Under the pieces are notes generated by a model. That model made no database searches, was not told the origin of the DNA, and saw only the letters and a program-made list of their open reading frames with translations. A program made the translations under genes and the position numbers. Shown here one piece after another: positions 1 to 11,200 of a stretch of 64,000 nt of DNA (position 1 is its first letter; the number at the start of each line of letters is the position of its first letter). This DNA comes from Rhizaria sp. SCN 62-66 (taxonomy: Eukaryota), in contig MEDY01000010.1 in the NCBI GenBank assembly GCA_001724265.1, positions 1 through 64,000 of the forward strand, written 5' to 3'.

Positions 1-610
1 ACATGAAATCACGTAGGGTCGAGTTGGCATCATCTACGTCATATTTATGTCCCGCGACATCTTGCTAAAGTAGGGCTAATCGCAAGTTGGCATCAGTTAT
101 CACTACTTCGGTCGCTGCGGCGCCGCCGCGTTCAGCACAGGCAGGGGCGACGGCGCCAACCACCGGCGATGCAGTATGCGTCTGCAGCGGCTGCGGCCCT
201 GCCAGAGAAGAAGAGTTGTGAAAACCAGTCGCGGAGGCGCAGCTGTCTGAGTCGGTTTTCTGGTCGATAGAATGAGAGTCGACAGCGTCTAGCAAAAACT
301 CATCATCCCCAGCGATGTGAGCCAGCGCAGGAAGAACCGCCGAGGAGGCATGGACGTCCGCTAAGGGAAGGGGTTTGGAGGCGAGGAGAGGAGGGCTTGG
401 AGCGGAGGAATCGTCTACGGCGACAGCGGACACCTGACGGTCACGGCCGGTGCGAAGGGTGTCGACCGAGCCAAAATGAGGGTTAGGGACGGCTGAACAG
501 CTGGAACTTGCAGGCAAAGCTGCGCAGGGCATGTGTGCGGCAAGGCGACGCACCAGCCGTTCGCTATTAGACGACTGCAGCTCACCGGAGAGCGGCTTTG
601 AGGGTATCAT
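1..610 (-). CDS. Unknown protein, runs off the window edge; in-frame TAG at 67-65. Could be a mobile-element ORF
   Basis: The listed ORF 65..610 ends at TAG, but the frame continues CAA GAT GTC... (QDVAGHKYDVDDANSTLRDFM) with no stop to position 1. No recognisable domain; codon style is less GC3-rich than the neighbouring genes. Confidence 0.35.
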
Positions 611-839
611 TGTGGCAACAGCGGTGCCGAGGAGCCTTCTGGAAAGCTTGAAAATAAAAAGGGAAGCAGGAAGGAATTAGCTTAGCTGGGGGATATGACG
701 TTAAAAAAAACGTATGAAATTAATAAGTCTACGATGTCAGTCGTCACATTTGTCATTCTAGTGTTGCCAGAGTCCACTACACGCACTTTTCGATGAGACT
801 CCGAAATTGCATCACTTGGGGATCTGCCGACGAGGACAC

Positions 840-959
840 GTGAGCGACTGTGGTGACTGTGAGCGACTTTGGTGACTGTGTGAACGCCTCCGAAATGACA
901 CCATTAACCATGGTAAGGCCGGCTTTGACCGTGAGCGACCGTGGTGACTGTGAGCGACT
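840..959. repeat. 19-bp minisatellite GTGAGCGACYKTGGTGACT in two clusters
   Basis: Copies at 840-858, 859-877 and 931-949, plus a partial copy at 950-959. Confidence 0.9.
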
Positions 960-1962
960 GCTGGTTCTTGTTTACGATGAGGTTAGCACAGCATATCATA
1001 TTTGTCTCCGCAATATTTGAATGAAGGAGAAGATACATCATTAATTAGCCCGCCGTAGCCGCCCTGCTGCTGCTGCTGTGCCACGGGACGTCCCTGTTCC
1101 AGCCACTTGACCTCTCAAGTCATGTCGCGCTCGGCTGCGCCAGCATGACTTTCTCTGCACGCTCGCGGGCTGCTCGAAGGACGTGGGCGGAGTTGACGTT
1201 CGCCGCAAGGGGGTTTCGGCCGCCAAGATGATGTCGCGCTTGCGCTCTTCGCGTTCAAGTACGTGCCGGCGTACCTCGCGATCAAGAGGGGGTTCGGAAG
1301 ATGCTCGGCATTACTGAGACAGCGCTCAAAGTGGCGCACAACAAGTCTCCACTGCGTAAGTGAGGTTTTGTGCACACTCCATGCAATCTGTAGGGCGCGC
1401 CATGACCTTTTAGGGAGAGCCGTGTGGAGGGTATTCGTAGACAGAGGGAGCAGGAGTAAGATGTGATAACAATGAGCTTAGGAAGAGAAATTTAAATAGT
1501 ATGGTTATAAGCACTTAATACACTATGGCGCTTAATAATACCCCCTGTGATGATCAGTAAGTGTGTATTTGCCTAGGTCGGAATCAGCTTTGATTGGAGG
1601 GCAGTAACAGACGACAGGTTTGCCTCAGGATACCGTGAGTAGAGGAAGTTGATGAAGTGCTTGCAAAATTGACAGATATACAACAGTGCGCCCGCGGACC
1701 AGATGACGGCGGCTGACCTGGTGCAGTGCTCTCCCGCCGCGATCGAGGTCGCCGAGTTCCAGTACCTGGTGGGTTGAGGAGTGGCGACCATCGACCACTT
1801 TCCGCAACCAATGCCCTCACTCTTGCAATCATCAGATAGTGATACCACTGATATCAGGGTTTATCCACGCAATATTGTATTTTCTCATTGTTCTGATTTT
1901 TCTCAAATTGCTATCTGTTCTGACTTCTCCTTCTTGCCGTCCTGCCTCTCAATCTCTCAGTG

Positions 1963-4900
1963 ATGGACCCGTACTCCAGCTCTGTTGGTGCTTACCCGGG
2001 TGCCATCCCGGGTGCCCCATACGCTGCAGGTCTCCCCGATCCTTACTCTGCCTCCGCCATGTCCGCATACGGCCCCGCGTACCCTGGATCGATCAACGCG
2101 ACTCTCCCGATGCACTCTACCTCCTCTCTCCAGCAACAGCAGCTGTTGCAGCAGCAACAGCAGCAGCAGCTGCAGCACCAGTCCGCGCTGGTCCCGCTCC
2201 CCGTCTCGACCCTCCGCGAAGACTTCGTGCAGAACGCCATGCGTTTCCTGCAGAACCCCGAAGTGGTCAAGTCTTCCCCTGCGACGCGCGTGGTGTTCCT
2301 CGAGAAGAAGGGGCTCGCCGCCGGCGAGATCGCCGAGGCGCTGCGCCGCGTGATGCCGCTCGCGCCGGAGACCGCGCTCGTGGCCACTGCCGCCAGCAAA
2401 GGCCAGTCCGCCTCCGCCGCGGTTGCCGGGCTGGCCGACCCCGCGCAGTTCGCCGCCGTCACCGCCGCGGGCAACGCCTCTGGCTCCGTCTCCGGCTCGC
2501 ATCCCCCGGCTGCGACTAGTGACAGCGCCGGTGGCCTCTCGACGGTGGCACTGCCAGGAATGGTTCAGGTTGGCCCCACTTTGTTCGCGTATCCGTACCA
2601 GCTGCACCCCAGCGTCGCCGCGACCGCCGCCGCCTCCCCGGCATCCTCAGCCGCGGCCGCTGCGTCTTTGGCGGCGGTGGCCCGCCGGTCCCCCGCTCGC
2701 GCGTCGTGGCTCTCTTCCCTGCTCTCTGCGCTCACTGTTGCCGGGGCCGCGGCCGCGAGCATCGCGCTCACGCGAAAGCTGCTGCTGTCCTCCGCCGACG
2801 CGGAGCCCGGGGCCGCGAGCGGAGCACTCGTACCCGTGGGCTCCAACAGCAACGCAGTCTCGCAGGGCGCGGAGGGCGGCGACGTCCTCAGACTCACACA
2901 TAAGCCCGCTTCAGACGCCGCGGGCATCAGCGCTGGTCTCGTGAGTGCGCCCGATGCTGTGGCCATTGCAGCCGCTGCCTCCGCCGCCGCCGCCGCCGCC
3001 ACCGCCGCCAACGGTCCCCGCCCCAGCCCTTCCAACAACAACAACAGCACCGGCTTCGCCAACAACGGCGGCTTCCGCAGCCTGAGCGGCGGCAACAACC
3101 CGACGACCCGCAGCAGCGTCGCTGAACTGGTCGTCGAGTCCCAGGAGGACATTTTCATCAAGGGCTTCAACGAAGTCAAGGCCACGATCACGGACCTCAC
3201 GAGCGCGCTCGCCGCGACTCAGAGCGCCGCCGCCGGTCACACCGCCACCCTCGCGTCTCTGGCGCATTCGTTGGCTCCCGTGGCCTCGCTGGCGCCGGCG
3301 TGCGATGCCGCGCAGGCGGCCGCGGTGGGCGCGCAACGCGCGGCCGAGGCCGCCGTGGCCGCCGCCGACAGGGCCGCGGAGCGCGCCGCGGCCGCCGCCG
3401 AGGCCGCCGGAGCCGCACCGGCCGACGGAGGCGCCGCCGCAACCGCGCGCGAGGCTGCGCTCGCCGCGACCGTCACCAAGGCTGCAACGGACGCTGTCGA
3501 GTCGGCCGTGGCCGCCGCTGTGACGGCCGCGGTGGCGCGCGCGGTCGCCGAGGTGGAGGCGCGCGCCGTCGAGCGGGAGGCCGCTCGCGAGGCCAAGGCT
3601 GCGGCTGCAGCGGCAGCGGCGGAGGCCAAGGCTGCGGAGGCTGAGGCGGCGCGCGGGGGCGAGGCGGCGTGGGGCAAGCGTTTCGACGCGCTGCAGGGCG
3701 CGCTGGAGGCCGTGGAACAGATCCTGGGCACGCTCGTGCAAGTGCAGGTGCAGCAGCAGCACGGCGGCGCGGGAGGTATCAGCGCGACGGGCCTCGTAGG
3801 CAGCAGCAGTGTTAACAATGCTGCTGCGAGCGCGAGTGCGGATGCTGCGAGCGTGAATGCTGCGACAGCAGCCGCTGCGCATGTGGCCAGCGACGCTCAG
3901 GAGGAGGGAGACGGCGCAAGCGCAAGCGCCACCGCCCACACGAATACTCGTAGCGACCGGGACGTCAAGGTCAAGGCTTAGCTTGTTTCCGCAACTGCTG
4001 CGAACACACAGTCAACCTTGCTGGCAACGGCTCCTCTGCCCTCCTCATCCTCGTCATCGTTGTCGTCATCGGTGCTGTCGCCGTCCACGGGCTCCGACTC
4101 CGCCGCCGTCACCGCCCCCGCCGCTAGCACCACTGCCGATGCTGCTGCTGCGGCACCTGCGGGCGCAAGCACCAGCAGCAGCGAGCAGAGCGAGTACCTC
4201 TCCGCATGGGTTGCCAACTCGAGCTCCAGTTCTCTTGTCCCCAATCCTTCGGCCTCCAGCTCAGACGGCAACGCTGCTGCCGCCGCAAACGGCGTGTCTG
4301 TCAACACCGCCTCGAGCTCCACAGTGCCTGCCCCCGCCTCCGCGCCCGCCCCTAGCACCGGTGCGAGCTCAGCGCACACCGGCGCTAGCGCGGGCCACAC
4401 CGCAGCTCCTGCGACCAGTGTCAGCACTAGCGCTGCGACCGCGAGCACGGGGTTCACGTGGGCCGCTGACGTCACTTTGCCGGCTACGCGGCCTGTGACG
4501 CCGCCTCCCGTCAGCACTGCATCATCAGCATCAGCCACTGCTCCGACTGCTACGACGGCAACGGAGGTTGCTCGTGACGTGCCCACCCACACCCCGAGTA
4601 ATCCTTTCACCGACGGCACTATCTACAACGCCGCCATCGCCCGCCCCGGCGTGAGCGCGGAGATCTCTCTCCCCGCCGACCCCACCGCGGCGACCGATGC
4701 GCAGTGTGGGCTCCAGCTCGCGGCCGCGCGCGCCGCCGTCGCCGCGTCGCTAGCCGACATGCGGATGACGGCCGTACGCGAGTTCACGGCCTCCTTCGAC
4801 GCCGCGCGCGCGCAACGTGACGCGTCTGCCGCCGCCGCCGCCGCCACAGCCTCTACTGGCAGTGACAGCGCTGCGGCGACGGAGGCCAAGGTGGCGGTGG

Positions 4901-5397
4901 CCGGCGGCGGCGATGACGGCAGCGGCCTCACTGTCACCGCCACCACCACTGATGCCGAGCTCTGGGAGGCCGCTCGCGCGACCGAAGTTGCGTACGCAGC
5001 GAAGACGCTGCTGATGTATCTCCGCAACATCACCAAGGACCCGACCAAGTCGACCTACCGGCGCATCAGCATCACCAACGCAGCGTTCCGGCGCATCTCC
5101 CAAGTCCCGGGCGTGGAGCGACTCTTCACGGCGCTGGGTTTCGAGTCGCGGCCACCCTTCTACGAGCTCTCGGCGGACCCCGTGCTGCCGCTGGGACTGA
5201 CAACGGTATTCCAGCTTGCCAACAACAGCATGGGCAGCGCTGAGATGGACGAGTGGTGCACCAAGGCCAAGGAGGCCGTGTTCGCGGCGCGGCTGACCGT
5301 GGTCGGGGAGGTGCTGCAGAGCGTCAGCGAGCTGCAGACGGAGCTTGCGCTGGGGCCCAGGGGCGGGAGCGTCGAGATGCCGCCGCCGCTCGAGTGA
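1963..5397 (+). CDS. PEX14: Peroxin Pex14 (Pex14_N, hydrophobic segment, coiled coil) fused to a C-terminal PUB domain; in-frame TAG at 3979-3981
   Basis: Pex14_N motif LREDFVQNAMRFLQNPEVVKSSPATRVVFLEKKGLAAGEIAEALRR and PUB motif KTLLMYLRNITKDPTKSTYRRISITNAAFRRI...LFTALGF. ORFs 1960..3981 and 4018..5397 share one frame, separated only by TAG, with no AT-rich spacer. Ends TGA. Confidence 0.85.
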
Positions 5398-5895
5398 GCG
5401 CTCGAGTGAACGTGACATTGTCAGACTGACGTGTAAGATGAAGCTGAACTGTCATGTCGTGGCTTGACCAGTCGTTTTGTTGTTCCAAGTGATTATTTGA
5501 AAATATTTATGCTATATGGCCAGCGGACATTACGAATACATATCTATGATTTCGCTTAATCGTAGTCCACTCGAGTTGTGCATTGTTTTGGCAAAGTTTG
5601 TGACTTGTCACGCGTTTGTGGTCGTTTGGAGATTTGTGTCTGCTCGAAGCAACTTCATCATGTCTGACTGATTAACAGCATTTAATATATTTATATTAAT
5701 ATAACATATACACTGCAATGCATTGAATATTATATCTTACGACAAATTGACTTGACGATCAAATGTAGTCGCTAGGTCTACGCAAAGTCCCACTTTTGAC
5801 ACAACAACTCATGCTGCCCCTGATTCCTGTATTTCCCCACATAGCCCTAACAAAAGGCATTAACTGCTTGTCAGATCCCCTTTCGCACAAACTTC

Positions 5896-7860
5896 ATGTT
5901 ACGTTGCACACCGGCTGCACTTCGGTTTATCCCTTTGAACCCGGCAACCGTGTGCGAGATATCTTCCTTGCTCCGCGCCCGACCCCGCTTCACCCTCCGC
6001 GCTGCCAAGCCCCACTTGCCCCTCTCGTCTCTCACCACCACGCAGCAGCAACCATGCGGAGCTCATGCCACCTGCAGTCTGGCGCATAACGCGTTGGTGC
6101 CGCTGACCGGCGTCGGCCAAGAGACCGCGGGCGCCGTGTACGGGCGCAGCGCGTTCGCGCGCGCGGGCGACGACATTGGCGACCCCAGCTTCATCTCCAC
6201 CGCGCTCGGCTCGCTGCGCACGGCGCCCACGCCCACGGCGCGCGCCGCGGCCGTGCTCCTGCCGCTGTGCCTGGACGGCGGCGTGCCGTCGGTGCTGTTT
6301 ATCCAGCGGTCGCGCAGTATGCGCCACCACCGCGGGCAGGCGGCCTTCCCGGGCGGCATGCTCGACAGTGAGGACTGTGGCGACCCGGTCACGTGCGCAG
6401 TGCGCGAGTGCGTCGAGGAGATCGGGCTGGGTGTGAAGCCCGTACTGTCGAGCGCGTTCTTTACGCAGGGCGCGATCAGCCGCTTTGTGCCGGTGCAGGA
6501 GCGGCTGGCAGCTCTCTCGCGCGACGCTCACGCCGTTCAAAGCACCAGGGACCTTAGTGTCAGCGCTGACGGTGGCGATGGCCACATGTCGATGACTGCG
6601 ACGTTTGCGATGTCGAGGACGACGACGAGGGCGCCCAGCTCTATTTCAGGCTCCGACTCGAGCTCTAGCTTGAGCTCGAGCTCTGGCGCTGGGAGTGCTG
6701 CTGCGGCGACCACGCAGACCACTGAGCACAAATATGCAACCTTCACGAAGATGACACAGACGACAACAAGTAGAGCGCCGTCTCTGGGTACTTTGCGGGC
6801 GACTCGCAACGGCAACCACAGCGACTGCGAGCAGTGCAGCGACTCTGAGTCCAGCAGCACCGCAGATCCCGCTGCCCACGGTCTCCACGGCACCGCCGCC
6901 GACGCCGACGACCCGCTTGGGACCGACTCCGACGCTGGGTCGGACGTCGACGCCCTTCTCGCCTCGACGCCGGACCTGGCCGTCCTGGGGCTGCACCACG
7001 ACTGCTCGACGAGCGAGCGCCACCGCCCCGACGGCACCGTCATCACGCCCGTCATCGGGCTGCTCGCGCACGACGTCACCGTCACGCGCTTCGCGCTCTC
7101 GCAGGCGGAGATTGGACGCGTCTTTTGCGTGCCGCTCGAGGCGCTCGCCGACCAGTCTAAGTGGGGGGTATACAAGGGACGGCCTAGCTTTTAGCACAGG
7201 CTCGATGAGGGGTACTTAGTGTCCCGGCAAGGGCACTTGGACACTGCTGCACCCGGTAAGGGTATGTCGTCAAAGCCGCCTCGTGTCAAGTGCCTGACGG
7301 ATGCTGTTGAGGCGCTGACGAAAGCGCCTTACAACACCAGTCCAAGCAGCAGCAGCGCGACAGCGGTTGATGCGGATGAGACGAGTGCTGTTATTATGCA
7401 TTACCCGTTTTCACTGGATATCGATGACGATATGTGTGACGGCACTCTGCAACCAGCCTCTACAACAACAACAACGACAATGACAGGGCACATGGGTAAC
7501 GTAACGACAACGACGAGTGCTGCGGGGGCAGCGACAACGACAACGACGATGAGTATGATTAAAACGTCCTCTGTCGTTGCGTCACCGCTTGGACAACAGG
7601 TGCAGTATCAGCCGCCAACTCGGGAGACATTTCCAGGCCTTGCGGCCAACGCCACAATTGTGGATGTGAAATTATCCGCAGCGCAAGGCACTGATACTGC
7701 TGATCCGAGTGCAGCAGCTGCTGAGAAGACCGTGAGCAGCGACAATGTTGGCGTTGTTGAGGCACATGACGAAGACACATCACGTCGTGTTGTTATCTGG
7801 GGAGCTTCAGCGTGGATTCTGAGCGTGTTCATCAAGCAAATCGTCCATAAGGTGAAGTAA
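5896..7860 (+). CDS. Nudix CoA pyrophosphatase (NUDT7/NUDT8/PCD1 family) with a possible mitochondrial presequence; in-frame TAG at 7192-7194
   Basis: AAVLLPL...LFIQRSRSMRHHRGQAAFPGG..D...CAVRECVEEIGL (NuCoA motif and Nudix box), VITPVIG and EIGRVFCVPL lie before the TAG. The family C-terminal motif VIWGASAWIL lies after it in the same frame. Ends TAA. Confidence 0.88.
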
Positions 7861-8263
7861 GAAAACAACAATTCGGTGTTGTCACACTTCGTTTATTTCA
7901 TCATATTTTATCTAGCCTTTTATGAAGACCATACATTTATTTATTCCTCAAGCTTAAGACTGAACGATTGCACCTTGAAGACACGACGCGACTCGATTCA
8001 CAACGCAGACATAACACCGCGACTTATCCAGACCGTAATGTCCAACACATTTAAGCCTCAAATTGAGGTTACAGACAAAAATGTACATACGAAAGACATT
8101 TGTAAAAATCTATGATGTACTCTGAACAAATGAAAACACCGCATTATACTGATTCTAAAAACTGAAGCTACTGTAGGCAATTTAGTCAGACCGTGAGTGT
8201 CTTTTAAGTCAATTAAATGTAAGCTTATTACGTATTTGGTTTTGATATTGGCTGGTGCCGTGC

Positions 8264-11200
8264 TTATTGTTGCATGCAACCCTTGTCCTTCTTTTTCTTC
8301 TTGTCATCCTCGGCAGCTGCAGCCGGAGCTTCCTCCGGAACAGCAGGAGGTTGTTCTTGCTCATGCTTAGTCCCACTTGCCACACCAGCGTTTGATGCAG
8401 TAGCAGGTGCCTCGGTCTCAGCAGCACTGTGCTGTTGCTGCGTCTCCGGTTGGTCAGTAGCGGGACCAACCTCAACGCTGCTAGCACTGCCAGCAGAGCC
8501 ACTCACATCATCAAACACCGTGGCAGTCGCCGCGTTCTGGGCAGACTCACTAGTTTCGCCAGCACTTGAACTCGCACTTGTGTTCTCAGGAGCAGCGGAA
8601 GCGAGACTGCTGTCTGAGGCAACAGCAGCAAACTCAACGCATTCGTGAATAGTCTTGCGAACCTCAGTATTATTGCTCTCCTGAGCTTTCTCTTCAGTCT
8701 GGGCATCCTTAGCGTCATCATCTTCCTCAGCCTCGCCCGACGACGGGGGCGCCTGGTGCAAGTAGTAGGACCTCGACGGCCGCGCGCTCGCCCCTGCGTC
8801 GTCCCCCGTCGCGCCCGTCGTGCTGTTCGCGACTCTCGTAGAGCCCGCACCGGCGTTGATGGTCGGCGCGCGACCCCACCCGCTGCGCCAGTCCACCTCC
8901 TGCTCCGCCGCCGCACGGGCGAGGTCCTCTTTCTCCTTCGCGGCCGCGGCGGCCTCGGCGGCGGCCGCCAGCGCGGCCTCGCGCGCGGCCGCTGCGGCAG
9001 CCTGCTTGGCGATGTTGGCGGCGACGACGGCCTCTCCTATGTGTGCGTGCAGAGCAATTGATCAAGCAACGAGTTGAACAGGTTAAGTGATGAGTGGGCT
9101 CGTTTCAAAATTAAGCTATATGTAAAGGAAACATAAATATATCACGGATATGAATGATGAGTCCAAGAATACAAATGCAGAATAGATCATAGAAAGTAGC
9201 GTACCCGGGTAGACGAGCGCGAGCGCGACGGCGGCCTCGTTGTCGTCCTGCTCCTGCTCCCACACCGGCGAGTCCCAGGGCAGCAGCGTCTGGATCTGCA
9301 TTGACGTCGCCGCGGCCGACGACCCGGGCCGCACGAGCGCCGCGGTCGCGGCGGCGGCGGCGGGCTCGTAGTCCTTGTTGTGGTAGTGGCTCAGGCCGTG
9401 TTCATCGCTTGCGGTGCCGGCGCCCGCGTTGCCGGTGCTGTTGTCGGCGTTGGCCGCCTGCCGCGCTGCGAGCGTGGCGTACTGCGGCGACGGCGACGTG
9501 GCGCGCGAGAAGGAGTCGCAAGGGAGCGACGGCGCGACGCGCACGACGAGACCGTCGTCATCGTCATCGTCGTCGTCATCGCCATTATTACCGCCCTCAA
9601 CGACACTCGCCGTAGTGGATGGTTTGGACTCGTGAACAGTCGCGTCGCCGTCGTGGTTCTCAGCAGCAACATCATCGTGATCGTCATCATTTGCAGTAGC
9701 ATGCTTTTCGTTCACAATTTTCTTGCTGCTGCTGCTACTGCTCAGGGCGTTGATGTCTTCGCCGTTGGCCACCGCACGCATGCGGGCCTCGAGCTCGCGC
9801 TCCAGCGCCTCCTCCACCTCTGCGTACTCCCAAACCTGATCCGCATTCACTGGCAGCGGCGCCGAGAGCACCATCGACCGCCGCGCCAGCGCTGCGGCCA
9901 AGAGAGACGGAGAGTCGGGCGCTCTCTCGACCACAATGGCACTGACGCCGCTAGCGTTGGCGGCATTAGCGCCGGCACTATCCTGGTTACCGGTGGCGGC
10001 CATCTTTAGCTGCGACTGCGAGCGGGACTGCGCCAGCAGCTGCAACGTGCTGTTGCTGTTCACTGGCTCGCCCGCTGCGCCGTTGAAGATCGCGGGCGCT
10101 TGGCCCGCGGCGGCGACGCGATGCGGGCGCCTGGGCGACACGGCCGAGAGCGCGAGCGCACACGTCTTGAGCGGGCCCTGGTAGCCCAGCGTGTGCAGCA
10201 GCGCGCCGTCGATCTGCAGCGGCGACGCGTACACCTGCACTGTGCTAAGGTCGCTCGACTGCCCGCGCCCGTGGCCGTGGTGGCTGTGACCATGGCCGTG
10301 GCTGTGAGAGTGGCCGTGAGCAATGTCGATGTTGCTGTCGTCGCCGTCGTCATTGGTGCCGTGTAGGCTCTCACAGTCGCTGCCCACCTCGCGACCGTGA
10401 ACGTGAGCGGAGTCAGGTTCGCCATGGTGTTGCTGATGATGTTGCTGTTGCTGCTGCTGGTTGGCGGGCACGGGCGTGCCGGACCGCGGCGTGTCCGACG
10501 GGGACGACGGCGGCCTGACCTTGGCGAGCGCCGCGGCCGACACGGGGGCCGTGCTACCGGGCGCCGCGGGCACTGCCAGTGGCGTGCGCATCGGCGGCGG
10601 CGGGCCCCAGCTGCCGCGGACACGCACGGCAGGGGCGGCGCCGGCGCCTGCAGTGCCAGTGCCGTCCTGAGTTGACCGCTCGTTGTGCGCGTCACCGTCG
10701 CCCTGCTGTTGCTGTTGCTGCTGGTGTTGCTGGTAGCACTGCTGCCGGTAAGCCCTCCTGTCGCGCTCCTGCTACTCCTGCTCCTGCTCCTGCTGCTTCC
10801 GCAGCGTCCGCGCCGCGCGGCTGCCGCGAGGGCTCTCGTCGCGCTTGCCAGCCGCGCTGCCGCCGCCGCCGCCGCCGCCGCTGTGGCTGAGGCTGCCGCG
10901 GCGCGTCCCGGCGTACTCGACGCCCGCGCTGCCGCTCCGGTAACTCGCTGCGTGGTCGTTACCGTTCCCGGAGTTGGCCGAGTTCGCGGCGCTACTCTTG
11001 CTCTGAAGGCAGTCGGCGGCGTCCCACAGCGTGAAGTCAAGCCCGGGCGTGGTGACGAAGCCGGCCGAGTTGATGTAGCGCTGCTTGCCCGGCAGCGGCA
11101 CGGCCAGCTCGGCGATGCGGGCGGGCAGCGGCCGCGACACGACGCCCCTGTCCTTCCCGCTCTTGGCGCTTGGGCCGGCATGCTTGGAGTCCGTGCCGTT

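Noticed and set aside
840-959. CRISPR array
   Set aside because: The repeats are directly adjacent without unique spacers, no cas genes are present and the context is eukaryotic.
1041-1850. Short ORFs and a broken plus-strand frame (…QIYNSAPADQMTAADLVQCSPAAIEVAEFQYLVG…)
   Set aside because: Interrupted by TGA stops with no recognisable domain. Possibly a decayed gene or element, but I cannot support a call.
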